NCBI GenBank assembly: GCA_963783375.1 | Contig: CAWANH010000028.1 | Coordinates: 320,001 to 384,000 of the forward strand | Length of the DNA: 64,000 nucleotides | Direction: 5' to 3' | DNA from: Candidatus Eiseniibacteriota bacterium | GTDB taxonomy: Bacteria; Eisenbacteria; RBG-16-71-46; JABDJR01 | Shown: positions 29,363 to 39,141 of the stretch, one piece after another | How positions within the stretch are numbered: position 1 is the stretch's first letter | How the letters are laid out: every line of letters starts with the position of its first letter | Notes under the pieces: model-generated | What the model was told of the DNA's origin: nothing | The model's input: the letters and a program-made list of their open reading frames with translations, nothing else | Database searches by the model: none | Position numbers and translations under genes: made by a program

Positions 29363-31057
29363 ATGCGATCCACCATCCATATCAAGCTGGTCGTGGGAGC
29401 CGTCCTGGCCGTGGCCGGGCTCCTCGTCGCTTACCCCTATCTTCGCGGCGAGCTCTTCCCCCCGTCCGCCGAAGCCTCGGACCGGGACCCGGCATGGCTG
29501 GGGGTGAACCTCCAGAACCTGACCCCCAGCCTGCGCGACGCGATCCACGTCGATCGCCGGGTTCGGGGAGCGCTGGTGACCAGCGTGACCGCGGACAGCC
29601 CGGCTGACCGGGCCGGCCTCCGCAGCGAGGACGTGATCACCGAGCTCGACGGACACCGGGTGGAATCGGTGAACGACGTGGTCTCGGCGGTGCGCGCGCT
29701 GGGGCCCGGAGAGAAGGCTCTGGTGGTGGTGAACCGGAACGGCTCGAGTCGCGGCCTCTCCGTCGAACTCGCCGGCCGGGGCGAACGGTGGATGGAATCG
29801 GGGGAAGCACCGCGCGGCTCGGACCGCGAGGTTCGCCGCTACTTCTCCGGCGACGACGCCAAGGGCCGGGACTGGAAGAAGCCGCGGGTCTACTTCGAAC
29901 GCGCCCCGCGCGCGGATGAGCCTGACTCCGGGGACCGCGAGGACGAAGACGCGCCGGAAGCCCCGTCCCACCGCTGGCATGCGCGGGGGGACGACGAGTA
30001 CGGGGAGGCCCCCGAGATCGTCTGGCACGACAAGGACGGGGGGGACCACGTTCTACGGTTCCGCGCCAAGGACGGGGGACACCGGGTGATCGTTCTCGGT
30101 GACGACGATGACGACGCCGTGAGCGTCCCCAAGGCCGACCGGGACCGCCGGGTGATCATCCTGGGGGACGACGATGACGACGCGCCGGAGGCCCCGCGGG
30201 CCCCCCGGGCCCCGCGAGCCGAAGGCCCGCCCCGGCCCCGGGTCCACGTGTTCCGCGGCGAGGGCGAACGGAGCGAGCGGGGTTTCCTGGGGGTCAGCAC
30301 CCTGGCGCTGAGCGATCAGCTGGCCGACTACTTCAAGGCCCCCCGGGATCGCGGGGTCCTGGTGACCGGGGTGGAGCACGACTCTCCCGCCGACCGGGCG
30401 GGGATCGAGGCGGGCGACGTCATCCTGTCGGTGGAGGACGACCCGATATCCGACCCCGGTGAGCTTCGCCGGGCGATCCGCGATCGCCGCCCCGAGGCCA
30501 CGGTGGAGATCGGGATCATCCGCCGGGGCGAGCGGCGCACGCTGCGGGCGACCCTCGACGAGGCCCCGGATTTCGGCTCCCTCGACCGGGAGGGGACCGG
30601 ACCCGGACGGTTCCGGGTGGAGATCCCCCGCATCCACCTCGAAGGACTCCGGAACCTGGGGATCCCGGAGCTGGAGAACTTCGAGCTGCCGGACATCGAC
30701 ATCCCCGACATCGAGATCGATGGGAGCGACTTCAATCAAGAGGACCTGGACGAGCTGCGCGACCAGCTGCGGGAGCAGGGCCACCAGCTCCGGGACCAGC
30801 TCCGGAAGATGGGGCGGGACATCGGCCGGGAGATGCGCGAGGACCACTCCACGCTTCAGGAACGGCGGGAAGCCCACCGGGCGGCCATGCGCGAGGCCAT
30901 GCGGGCGGCCGAAGGGGCGCTGCAGGACGCCGGGGAGACCCGCCACCGGGCGCTGGAACTCTCCCGTGAGGCCATGGAGCGCGCCCGCGAGGCCGCCCGC
31001 GAGGCCAAGGATGCCGATCGTCGAGCCCGGAGCCGCGGTTCCGCCGGGACCATCTGA
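29363..31057 (+). CDS. Membrane-anchored or exported protein with two PDZ domains and a C-terminal coiled coil
   Basis: AGGAGG RBS; WLGV...SPADRAGL..DVI and GFLGV...SPADRAGIEAGDVI; no protease domain. Confidence 0.85.
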   Translation: MRSTIHIKLVVGAVLAVAGLLVAYPYLRGELFPPSAEASDRDPAWLGVNLQNLTPSLRDAIHVDRRVRGALVTSVTADSPADRAGLRSEDVITELDGHRVESVNDVVSAVRALGPGEKALVVVNRNGSSRGLSVELAGRGERWMESGEAPRGSDREVRRYFSGDDAKGRDWKKPRVYFERAPRADEPDSGDREDEDAPEAPSHRWHARGDDEYGEAPEIVWHDKDGGDHVLRFRAKDGGHRVIVLGDDDDDAVSVPKADRDRRVIILGDDDDDAPEAPRAPRAPRAEGPPRPRVHVFRGEGERSERGFLGVSTLALSDQLADYFKAPRDRGVLVTGVEHDSPADRAGIEAGDVILSVEDDPISDPGELRRAIRDRRPEATVEIGIIRRGERRTLRATLDEAPDFGSLDREGTGPGRFRVEIPRIHLEGLRNLGIPELENFELPDIDIPDIEIDGSDFNQEDLDELRDQLREQGHQLRDQLRKMGRDIGREMREDHSTLQERREAHRAAMREAMRAAEGALQDAGETRHRALELSREAMERAREAAREAKDADRRARSRGSAGTI

Positions 31058-31111
31058 GCCGTCGATCCTCCGGAATTCACGGAACGGTCTCCGGAGACGA
31101 TGACGTTGGAG

Positions 31112-31141
31112 GAACGGAGAGACCACGTGGTCTCTCCGTTC
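31112..31141. terminator. Perfect 30-bp palindrome between convergent genes; probable bidirectional terminator
   Basis: GAACGGAGAGACCAC/GTGGTCTCTCCGTTC; no clear U-tract. Confidence 0.55.
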
Positions 31142-31157
31142 TCCGTTCCGGACGGTT

Positions 31158-31745
31158 CTACTCGTACCGCGACTTCAGGAGCCCCCAGCTGGTCGATTCC
31201 ACCGGGGTCTGGGGACAGACGCCGGGATCGGAGCTCACCCGGGTGCCGGTGGTGGCGACGTTGACGCACTGATCGGGGATCCCGTCGCAAGCCCCGGTGA
31301 AGACGAAGCTGTAGTTCCCGCTGGCGGTGTAGCTGCCGCTCCCGATCGTGCCGGAGTACTCCTGGTGATAGGTGACGGAGCAGGAGTCGCTCTCCGGGTA
31401 GGTGCCGTCGCACACCAGGCTGAAGCTGTCGGAAGTGAACTGGGTGGTGCAACTAACCGGGAAGTCCGCGGTCGAATCGGGCTCGATGCTGGTATCCGCG
31501 CACAGGGTGTCGTTCACGGTTTCATCGAAGATGAGCAGGTTGGTCGTGCAATCGCGCAAGGTGGTGTGAATGGTCCAGATGCCGATCCAGTTGGACGGCA
31601 CGGCGTCGTTGGCGCTCAGGATGTCGAGGACCGGGATCCGCGGCGCCTCGATCTTCCCCGCGGCCAGGGCGGGCCTCGGGAGGATGGACGATCCCAGGGT
31701 CAGGGTGATGATCAGTGCGGCAGGTAGGAAGTAGCGAGTTCTCAC
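31158..31745 (-). CDS. Secreted Cys-containing beta-rich protein with a C-terminal SWxxLKxxY tail
   Basis: Signal peptide ending PALA; eight Cys; ends PVESTSWGLLKSRYE; start inferred. Confidence 0.75.
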   Translation of the reverse strand: MRTRYFLPAALIITLTLGSSILPRPALAAGKIEAPRIPVLDILSANDAVPSNWIGIWTIHTTLRDCTTNLLIFDETVNDTLCADTSIEPDSTADFPVSCTTQFTSDSFSLVCDGTYPESDSCSVTYHQEYSGTIGSGSYTASGNYSFVFTGACDGIPDQCVNVATTGTRVSSDPGVCPQTPVESTSWGLLKSRYE

Positions 31746-31966
31746 GTTGGCGTTTACGGCGCGGGGCCGTCTCCTTTCAGGAAGTTGGAGATTCTTGTCC
31801 GGGTGAGGCCCGGGCATCGACCGTCTCCCCGATTGGGCCGGGAACGGACGCACCCTCCCCACCCGCAAACACGACATCGACCGTAGCATTTCGGCCGGCT
31901 CAAATCGATAACGAATTCACGGGAGACATTACCCTGGTGCGGCGGACGCCGGGAGCCGCCGGCGGA

Positions 31967-33412
31967 TCAGCGGGGGGCGGAGGGCGCCGGGTCTCCGTGG
32001 CCCGGCGCGGACCGGTAGGCGTGGCGACGGGTCTCCAGGAAGGCCACCAGATCCGCCACCTCCTCCTTGGACAACGTCCCGGCGAAGGCGGGCATGTTGT
32101 ACCCCCCGTTCAGGATCCGGATGCGCATCTGGTCCGAGCTCAGGCGGTCGGCCACGGTGGTGAGATCGGGTCCCCGCCGGCCTCCGTAGCCGCCCACCCG
32201 GTGGCAGTAGATGCAGGCCTTGTCGTTGAACAGCGCGCCGCCCCGGGCCACCGGGCCCTCGGACGCGCCGATCACCGCCGCCGGGAGGGGTTCGGCGTTG
32301 AAGTTCGGGGACCAGTTCGCGCGCTCCCCGGCGATCCACAGGACGCCGATCATCATCACCGTCATGAGCACGATCCCCATCGCCCACGGGCGGCGGAGCG
32401 GCGCCCGCTCCCCCTTGTTGAAGAGGAATGGGAGGAGGAGAAGCACGACACCCACCAGGAGCGGCCCCAGGATGATCACGTAGTTCTCGGATCCGTGGGG
32501 GAGGAGCGCGAGAACGGCGAAATACCAGAGGAGGTACCAGTCGGGCCGGGGCTGCGCGTTGATGTCGGCGGGATTGGGGGGCTTCCCCAGCTCGGGCGGA
32601 CCGAACACGTAGGCCAGGACCACGATCCCCACCACCACCGCCAGGCCGAAGGCGATGTCGCGCCAGGCCGCGTCGGGCCAGAAGGGCACCCCTTCGCGGT
32701 GGAGCATGTTCCGGTACCAGGCGCGGTAGGTCCCGGGATCCACCGGGCGCCCGGCCTTGGGCGGCTCGGAGATCCCGTTCCGGATCACCATGTACAGATG
32801 GAGCCCCAGGGTGGCAAAGATCATGGCCGGGAACAGAAAGACGTGCATGGCGAAGAACCGGCTGAGGGTCGCTCCCCCCACCGTATCCCCGCCGATCAGG
32901 AACCGGGCCAGCCAGTCCCCCACCACCGGGGTCCGCCCGGCCTGCTCCGCCCCCACCACCACCGACCACACCGCGTTCTGGTCCCAGCGCAGAAGCTGAC
33001 CGGTGAAACCCATGGCCAGGGTGAAGGCCAACAACCCCACGCCGGTGATCCAGCTCATCTCCCGGGGATACTTGTAGGCGGCGGTGAGATAGGTGCGGAT
33101 GAGGTGGATCCCGAGGAAGAGCACCATGGCCGAGGCGCCCCAGTAGTGCATGCCCCGGATCAGGCGGCCGAGGGTGGCCTGGTGGGTGATGTACTGGAGG
33201 CTCTGGTAGGCGTTCCCGGCCGAGGCCACGTACATGCCGGAGAGGGCCACCCCGGTGGCGATCTGGACCAGGAAGGCGACCAGGGTGGCGCTCCCGAACA
33301 CGTACCACCACTTGGCCCCGGGAGGGACGGGGTGGTCCAGCAGGGGGCGCACCGCCTCCGAGGTCCCGGTGCGGTCGTCGAACCATCGCCAGAGCGTCTT
33401 GAGCAGGTTCAT
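31967..33412 (-). CDS. qcrB: Cytochrome b of a bc complex fused to a C-terminal cytochrome c
   Basis: IRGMHYWGAS...GIHL, SRFFAMHV, PDWY (PEWY equivalent) and CIYCH...NMP. Confidence 0.9.
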   Translation of the reverse strand: MNLLKTLWRWFDDRTGTSEAVRPLLDHPVPPGAKWWYVFGSATLVAFLVQIATGVALSGMYVASAGNAYQSLQYITHQATLGRLIRGMHYWGASAMVLFLGIHLIRTYLTAAYKYPREMSWITGVGLLAFTLAMGFTGQLLRWDQNAVWSVVVGAEQAGRTPVVGDWLARFLIGGDTVGGATLSRFFAMHVFLFPAMIFATLGLHLYMVIRNGISEPPKAGRPVDPGTYRAWYRNMLHREGVPFWPDAAWRDIAFGLAVVVGIVVLAYVFGPPELGKPPNPADINAQPRPDWYLLWYFAVLALLPHGSENYVIILGPLLVGVVLLLLPFLFNKGERAPLRRPWAMGIVLMTVMMIGVLWIAGERANWSPNFNAEPLPAAVIGASEGPVARGGALFNDKACIYCHRVGGYGGRRGPDLTTVADRLSSDQMRIRILNGGYNMPAFAGTLSKEEVADLVAFLETRRHAYRSAPGHGDPAPSAPR

Positions 33413-33461
33413 CGGTCGGGTTTCCTCCGGTTTCCGGCCGGGGACGGGCACGTACGGCGGC

Positions 33462-33980
33462 TCACGTGATCGGGATGGCGCTGGTCTCGATCTCCACCCG
33501 GTCGTTGCGGATGCGCACGGGATAGCGCGACAGCGGTCTCGGCGGCGGTCCCGCGGCCACCCGCCCGTCGTCGTAGTAGACCCCCCCGTGGCACGGGCAC
33601 ATGAAGAGGTCCGCTTTCTCCACCCACCGGACGGGACAGCCGAGATGGGTGCAGTTGAGGGAGTAGGCGATGAACTCCTCCCGGCCGTGCCGGCGGAGCC
33701 AGGCCCCGGTCTTGGCGGTCACCCCCGACCACGGGAGCGAGGACGCGTCCTCGATGGAGACCTCCACCGTCTCCCCCACCTCGAACGCGTCCACCGCCCC
33801 CACGTCCCGCCAGCGGCGCGGCCGGGACCGGAAGAAGGGGGCCAGCATGTAGCCGGCGACGGGGATCGCGGCCACCGCCGCGGCGAGCCCGCCCAGAATC
33901 ACCCCCACGCGGGCGAAGAACCTCCGCCGGTTCAGATTCTCGTGGAGCGGCCCGCGCGGCTCCTCAGCTCCGGTGCTCAT
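33462..33980 (-). CDS. qcrA: Rieske iron-sulfur subunit
   Basis: Tat motif NRRRFF; CTHLGC and CPCHGG. Confidence 0.93.
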   Translation of the reverse strand: MSTGAEEPRGPLHENLNRRRFFARVGVILGGLAAAVAAIPVAGYMLAPFFRSRPRRWRDVGAVDAFEVGETVEVSIEDASSLPWSGVTAKTGAWLRRHGREEFIAYSLNCTHLGCPVRWVEKADLFMCPCHGGVYYDDGRVAAGPPPRPLSRYPVRIRNDRVEIETSAIPIT

Positions 33981-34203
33981 GTCTCAGCTCTCCGATCCAG
34001 CCGGCCACCGCGGCCAGGAAGAGGACGGCCCCCACGCCGGTGATGATGAGGCTGGTGATGAATCCCCACAGCACGAGGATCGATCCCAGGGCAAAGACGG
34101 CCGGCCACCAGGTCGGGCGCGGCAGGGTCTCCGGCTGGGGTACGGTCCAGCCGTCGTCTGGAGCCCCGGAGTCCGGCGTTCCGAGGCCGTGATGGTCGTC
34201 CAT
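33964..34203 (-). CDS. Small membrane subunit, cytochrome c oxidase subunit IV/CtaF-like
   Basis: LPRPTWWP plus two TM helices ending GWIGEL; position within the operon. Confidence 0.65.
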   Translation of the reverse strand: MDDHHGLGTPDSGAPDDGWTVPQPETLPRPTWWPAVFALGSILVLWGFITSLIITGVGAVLFLAAVAGWIGELRHEHRS

Positions 34204-34207
34204 GGTC

Positions 34208-35053
34208 TTATCCTTCCTGTCGGACGGTCCCGGTGGCTTCGGCGGAGCCGGCCCCGGCCGGCCCGGCCCCCTCGGGCTCGCGGTACCACCGGGCCAGGGC
34301 GCTCACGATAGCCCAGAGGAACACGAACCCGCCCAGCACCCACATGAAGAGGCCCCCCAGCTCGAGATCCGACTTGGGATCGATCCCCCACCCGTCCCGG
34401 ATCAGGGCCAGCGCCCCCAGCTCGTCCTCGGGGTGCTGATAGGCCGGGTAATAGCCGAGCGGGGCGAACGTGAGAAGCACCCCCAACACGGTGTTGGCCA
34501 GACCGCCGGCGAAGAGATAGAACACCGCGCCGGGCCCGGTGAGCCGCCGCAGGGGATCCGGGGCCAGCGCCGGCCACCAGAAGATCGTCCCGGTGATGAC
34601 GAAGGTCAGGTGCTCCGCGATGTGGACCGCCTCGTTGGCCAGGGTGAGGTTGTAGAGAACGGGCAGGTGCCAGATCCAGAGCGTTCCGATCCCGAGGAAC
34701 CACGCGACGACCGGGCGACCCAGGAGCCCCTCGGCCCGCCGGACGGCCGGACGCGCCAGCAGGCGGGAGGTCCAGCCGGAGGGGAGACCCAGGAGCCAGA
34801 GCGGCGGGGCGGCGAAGCAGAGGAGGAGGTGCTGAAGCATGTGGGCGCTGAAGAGGTAGTCATCCCCCAGGGGGTCCAGGGGCGAGGTCAGAGCGACGAA
34901 CAGCACCACCGTTCCCAGGGTGAAGAAGACGGTGTGGCGCGCCGTGCGCGGGCGGACCAGCGCGAGGAAGGCGGCGAGGAGGAGAACGCATCCCGCCGCC
35001 ACCGAGGGATGGAGTTCCCAGCCCCGGAAGAAGAGGAGTTCGCGCGCGGTCAC
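34208..35053 (-). CDS. ctaG: caa3-type cytochrome c oxidase assembly factor
   Basis: YLFSAHMLQHLLL, WIWHLP, HIAEH and GGLFMW. Confidence 0.9.
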   Translation of the reverse strand: MTARELLFFRGWELHPSVAAGCVLLLAAFLALVRPRTARHTVFFTLGTVVLFVALTSPLDPLGDDYLFSAHMLQHLLLCFAAPPLWLLGLPSGWTSRLLARPAVRRAEGLLGRPVVAWFLGIGTLWIWHLPVLYNLTLANEAVHIAEHLTFVITGTIFWWPALAPDPLRRLTGPGAVFYLFAGGLANTVLGVLLTFAPLGYYPAYQHPEDELGALALIRDGWGIDPKSDLELGGLFMWVLGGFVFLWAIVSALARWYREPEGAGPAGAGSAEATGTVRQEG

Positions 35054-35604
35054 AATGTCCCCCAGAGATACACGACGGCGAAGATGAACACCCACACCGC
35101 GTCCACGAAGTGCCAGTAGACGGAGACCGCTCCCAGGGCGCCGTCCCACGGGCGGTCGTCCTTTCCGGCCCAGGTGAGGCCCAGGACGAGGGCGATGAGG
35201 ACGAGCCCCACCAGGACGTGGAGACCGTGGAACCCGGTGAGGGTGAAGAACGTGGTGCCGAAGAGATCGCGGCTGATGGTCACGTTCTCCCGGGCGAGGT
35301 GGAGGTACTCCGTTCCCTGTCCCACCAGGAACACGGCCCCGAAGGCCAGGGTGGCCAGGAGCCAGAAGAATCCCTCGCCGCGGTTCCGCTTCCGGAGGCT
35401 CGTTCCCGCCCGGTGCATGGTGGCGCTGCTCGCGAACAGGAACACCGAGAAGATCCCGGTCCTCACCGGATCGAGGACGGCGGCCGCGCCGGGTCCGTTT
35501 CCGCGGGTCGCGTGGTAGGTGACGTAGGCGAAGACGAGGAGGCCGAAGAACACCGCCTCCGAGGCCACGAACAGGATCACCCCCAGCTTGTTCTTCTCGG
35601 CCAC
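35050..35604 (-). CDS. ctaE: Cytochrome c oxidase subunit III
   Basis: ASEAVFF, FFTLTGFHGLHV and YWHFVDAVW. Confidence 0.94.
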   Translation of the reverse strand: MAEKNKLGVILFVASEAVFFGLLVFAYVTYHATRGNGPGAAAVLDPVRTGIFSVFLFASSATMHRAGTSLRKRNRGEGFFWLLATLAFGAVFLVGQGTEYLHLARENVTISRDLFGTTFFTLTGFHGLHVLVGLVLIALVLGLTWAGKDDRPWDGALGAVSVYWHFVDAVWVFIFAVVYLWGTL

Positions 35605-35608
35605 CGCC

Positions 35609-37241
35609 TCAGTCCTCCTTCTTCCCGCCGGAGTGGGCCAGGTCCCAGAGCGGCCGGCGGCCCCGGACCGGGGGCACGCGGTCGAAGTTGTGCTCGGGGG
35701 GCGGAGAGGTCGTTGCCCACTCCAGGCTCCAACCCTCCCAGGGATTGTCGCCGGCGGGCTCGCCTCGGCGGGCGCTCACCACGAGGTTGACGAGCATCAC
35801 CAGAACCGATCCCCCCAGAATGAACGCCCCCACCGTGGAGATCAGGTTCAGGATTCCCAGGTGGGGAAGGTCGGGATAGGTGAACACCCGGCGGGGCATC
35901 CCCAGGAGCCCGGCCAGGTGCTGGACGAAGAAGGTGGTGTTGAAACCGATCACGGTCAGCCAGAAGTGGACCTTTCCCCACTTCTCGTTCAGCCGGCGGC
36001 CGCTCATCTTGGGGAACCAGTAATAGACGCCGGCCATGAGGGCAAAGGCCGTCCCCCCGAACAGCACGTAGTGGAAGTGGGCCACCACGAAGTAGGTGTC
36101 GGTCAGCGCCCAGTCGATGGGGACCGCGGCGAACATCACCCCGCTGATCCCCCCCACCGTGAACTCGATCAGGAACGCGACCGCGAAGAGCATGGCGGTG
36201 GTGAACCGGATCGCCCCGCCCCACATGGTGGCGATCCAGTTGAAGATCTTGACCCCGGTGGGGATGGCGATGAGCATGCTCCCCACCGCGAAGACGTAGT
36301 AGATCGGAAACCCCAGCCCCACCGCGAACATGTGATGCACCCACACCCCGAAACTCAGGAAGCCGATGGCCACGGTGGAAATCGCCAGGAACTCGTAGCC
36401 GAAGATGGGTTTTCGTGAGAAGACGGGAATGACCTCGGAGATGATCCCGAACGCCGGGAGCACCATGATGTAGACCTCGGGGTGGCCGAAGATCCAGAAG
36501 TAGTGTTGCCAGAGGAGCGCCGAGCCTCCGGCGGTGACGTCGAAGAAGTGGGCCTGGAGAAGGCGGTCGATGAGAAGCATGACCAGGGCCGCATTGAGGG
36601 CGGGGAGGGCCAGGATGATGAGGAAGGAGTTCACCAGCACCATCCACACGAAGAGCGGAAGGCGGCGGACGGTCATACCGGGAACCCGGAGCGTCCAGAT
36701 GGTCACGATGAGGTTGATCCCCGAGGCCACCGTTCCCACCCCCACCCCGAGAAGCCCCAACCCCCAGTAGTCCAGCCCGGTCCCGAACGCGTAGGGCCTC
36801 TCGCTCAGCGGGGTGTAGCTGAACCACCCCGCATCGGGGGCGCCCCCGGCCAGGAAGCTGAAGTAGAGGAAGATTCCCCCGAAGAGAAGGATCCAGTAGC
36901 TCAGGGCGTTCAGCCGCGGGAAAGGCCATGTCCCGGGCCCCGATCATCAGGGGGACGAAGTAGGTGGCGAACCCCAGGAGGGCGGGCACCACCACCAGGA
37001 AGATCATGGTGGTGCCGTGCATGGTGAAGATCTGGTTGTAGGCCTCGGGAGAGAGGAAGTGCTCTCCGGGCCGCGCGAGCTGGATGCGGATGAGGAGGGC
37101 TTCGACCCCTCCGACCAGGAAGAAGAAGAGCGCCGTTCCCAGGTAGAGGATGCCGATCTGCTTGTGGTCGATGGAGGCGACCCAGCTCAGGAGGCCGGTG
37201 GGCCGCGAGTCCGCGGTGGCCGCGGCGGCGGACGCGCTCAT
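35609..37241 (-). CDS. ctaD: Cytochrome c oxidase subunit I (A1 type); +1 frameshift at about 36922
   Basis: DHKQIG, TMHGTTMIF, DMAFP/RLN junction with one extra base, GHPEVY, WVHH and HFH. Confidence 0.93.
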
Positions 37242-37287
37242 GACCGGACCTCCCCGGACGTTCCCGCCGGGGGAATCGCGCTCCACC

Positions 37288-38220
37288 TCATCGGAGATCC
37301 TCCAGGTAGGCGACCAGGGATTGGACGTCGGAATCGGAAAGGTGCAGGTTCGGCATGTGGCTTGCGGGCTTGATGGAGTCCGGGTCCCCGATCCACTGGG
37401 CCAGGTGGGGACGGGTATTGGTCGTCGCCCCCGAGGCCAGGGTGGCCCGGGAGGCCAGGTGGGTCAGGTCCGGACCCACGTCGCCGGCGGCCGGCGTTCC
37501 CCGCACCGCGTGGCAGGTCGAGCAGGTGCGCTCCTGGAAGAGGCGGGCGCCCCGGACCGCGTCGGCGGAGTCGGGGGCGGCCCCGGGTTCGCTCTCGTGC
37601 CGCAACCAGGCCTCGAACTCGTCCGGCGGCTGAACCACGACCCGGATCAGCATCCACGCGTGCCCCGCCCCACAGAACTCGTTGCAGCTTCCCCGGTAGA
37701 CCCCGGGGCCGTCCACCTGGAGCCAGAGGTAGGTGGGATGCCCCGGGGTGGCGTCGATCTTTCGCGCCAGCCGAGGCACCCAGAAGTCGTGGATCACGTC
37801 GGCGGAGGTGATGCGGGCCAGGAGGTGCCGTCCGGCCGGGATGTGGATCTCGTTGGCGGTGACCGCGTCGGTCCCGGGGTAGCGCACCTCCCACCACCAC
37901 TGGTGCGCGGTGATCGTGAGGTCGGGTTTGCGGTCGCCGGCCGCGGGGTAGACCGCGTGCATGGTCCGGACGGAGAAGAAGAGCACCACGGCCAGGATCC
38001 CTACCGGAACCGCGGTCCACAGGATCTCCAGCCGCAGGTTCCCCTCGACCTGCGAGCCCTCCTCGCGGCCGGGGCGGCGGCGGTGCTTGATGGCGATGTA
38101 GGTGATGAAGCCGGCCACCACGACCAGGATGACCGCGGCGAGGACCAGAACCAGGATGAAAAGGTCCGCAATGGACCGCGCCTGGGCGGTGGCCGGGTTG
38201 AGCGGACTTTCCAGGGGCAA
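37288..38220 (-). CDS. ctaC: Cytochrome c oxidase subunit II with fused cytochrome c (caa3 type)
   Basis: CuA ligands DVIH...CNEFCGAGHAWM; heme c site CSTCH...HMP; GGAGG RBS. Confidence 0.94.
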   Translation of the reverse strand: MPLESPLNPATAQARSIADLFILVLVLAAVILVVVAGFITYIAIKHRRRPGREEGSQVEGNLRLEILWTAVPVGILAVVLFFSVRTMHAVYPAAGDRKPDLTITAHQWWWEVRYPGTDAVTANEIHIPAGRHLLARITSADVIHDFWVPRLARKIDATPGHPTYLWLQVDGPGVYRGSCNEFCGAGHAWMLIRVVVQPPDEFEAWLRHESEPGAAPDSADAVRGARLFQERTCSTCHAVRGTPAAGDVGPDLTHLASRATLASGATTNTRPHLAQWIGDPDSIKPASHMPNLHLSDSDVQSLVAYLEDLR

Positions 38221-38235
38221 TTGCTAACCTCCGCC

Positions 38236-38250
38236 TGATTGATTCAATCA
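38236..38250. promoter_or_regulatory. Palindromic operator-like site upstream of the oxidase/bc operon
   Basis: TGATTGA-T-TCAATCA next to the RBS; a minus-strand TTGACG (-35-like) lies at 38274-38279. Confidence 0.45.
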
Positions 38251-38589
38251 CCTAAGCACTTCACACAATGCGGCGTCAAATCGGGGGAACCCGGCGGGCG
38301 CCTTCGAGAGCTACCGGGAGAGAGGCAGGGGGTATTCCGCACGGCGTCGTCCGGTCAGTGGGCGGTTCGGGATCGGGGGCCCTCGGGGGTCCCGGGACCG
38401 GGGAGGAAGCCGGGTCGAGCCGGCGCGCCCGGCGAGGGCCGGCTCGTGTGGTAGCATGTCCGCCGCCATGACTCCGGGATCCACATTCGCCCCTCACACG
38501 AGCCCCGCTTCGACGACTTCTATTCTGGACCGCACGCTCTCGCTCCATTGCCCTGCCCGGTTCACGGGGAGGGCCGCCGTAGGGCCGGA

Positions 38590-39141
38590 GTGAGCTCGGG
38601 GCCGCGGCGGGAGCCTGAGCTCGACTGGGCGACCGTGCAGGCATCCCTGCGCCGCCAGCTCGCCCGGCGGGCGGGAACCGGCGACCGGGAGTACCTTGAC
38701 GATCTGGTCCAGGAGGCGTCCATCCGGCTCCTCCGGGCGGTACGCCGGGGTCCGGTCGACCACGTGGAGGGTCTGGCCGTCACCATCGCCTATCGGACCT
38801 GGATCGACTTCATCCGGCGGCGGATGCGTTGCCGCAAGCTCTTCTCCGCCGGGGCGAAGACCGAAGCGGCGGTGGGCCCGGAGGCGTTCACCTGGGGCGA
38901 CCCGGCGGAGCGGTTGCGGTTCGTGGTTCTGGAACTCTTCGATCGCGAAGGTTCGACCGGATGCCTCGAACTGGCCCGGGCCTATTTCGCCGAGATGGAC
39001 TGGAAGTCGGTAGCCGCCTCGCTGGACCGGAGCCACGACGCGATCCGGAAAGCCTGGTCGCGGTGCGTGGACACGGTCCGCCGGATGGTGATGGAGGATC
39101 GGGCCCTCTCCCGACTGCTCGATCCGGGGGAGAGCACGTGA
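38590..39141 (+). CDS. Divergent ECF-type RNA polymerase sigma factor
   Basis: Region-2-like DDLVQEASIRLL...IAYRTWIDFIRR; region-4 HTH-like MDWKSVAASLDRSHDAIRKAWSRC; overlaps the anti-sigma start. Confidence 0.75.
   Translation: MSSGPRREPELDWATVQASLRRQLARRAGTGDREYLDDLVQEASIRLLRAVRRGPVDHVEGLAVTIAYRTWIDFIRRRMRCRKLFSAGAKTEAAVGPEAFTWGDPAERLRFVVLELFDREGSTGCLELARAYFAEMDWKSVAASLDRSHDAIRKAWSRCVDTVRRMVMEDRALSRLLDPGEST

Noticed and set aside
35609-37241. ctaD as a pseudogene or split gene
   Set aside because: One extra base in a short homopolymer at about 36922 explains the break. All ligands and the rest of the operon are intact, so sequencing error is more likely.
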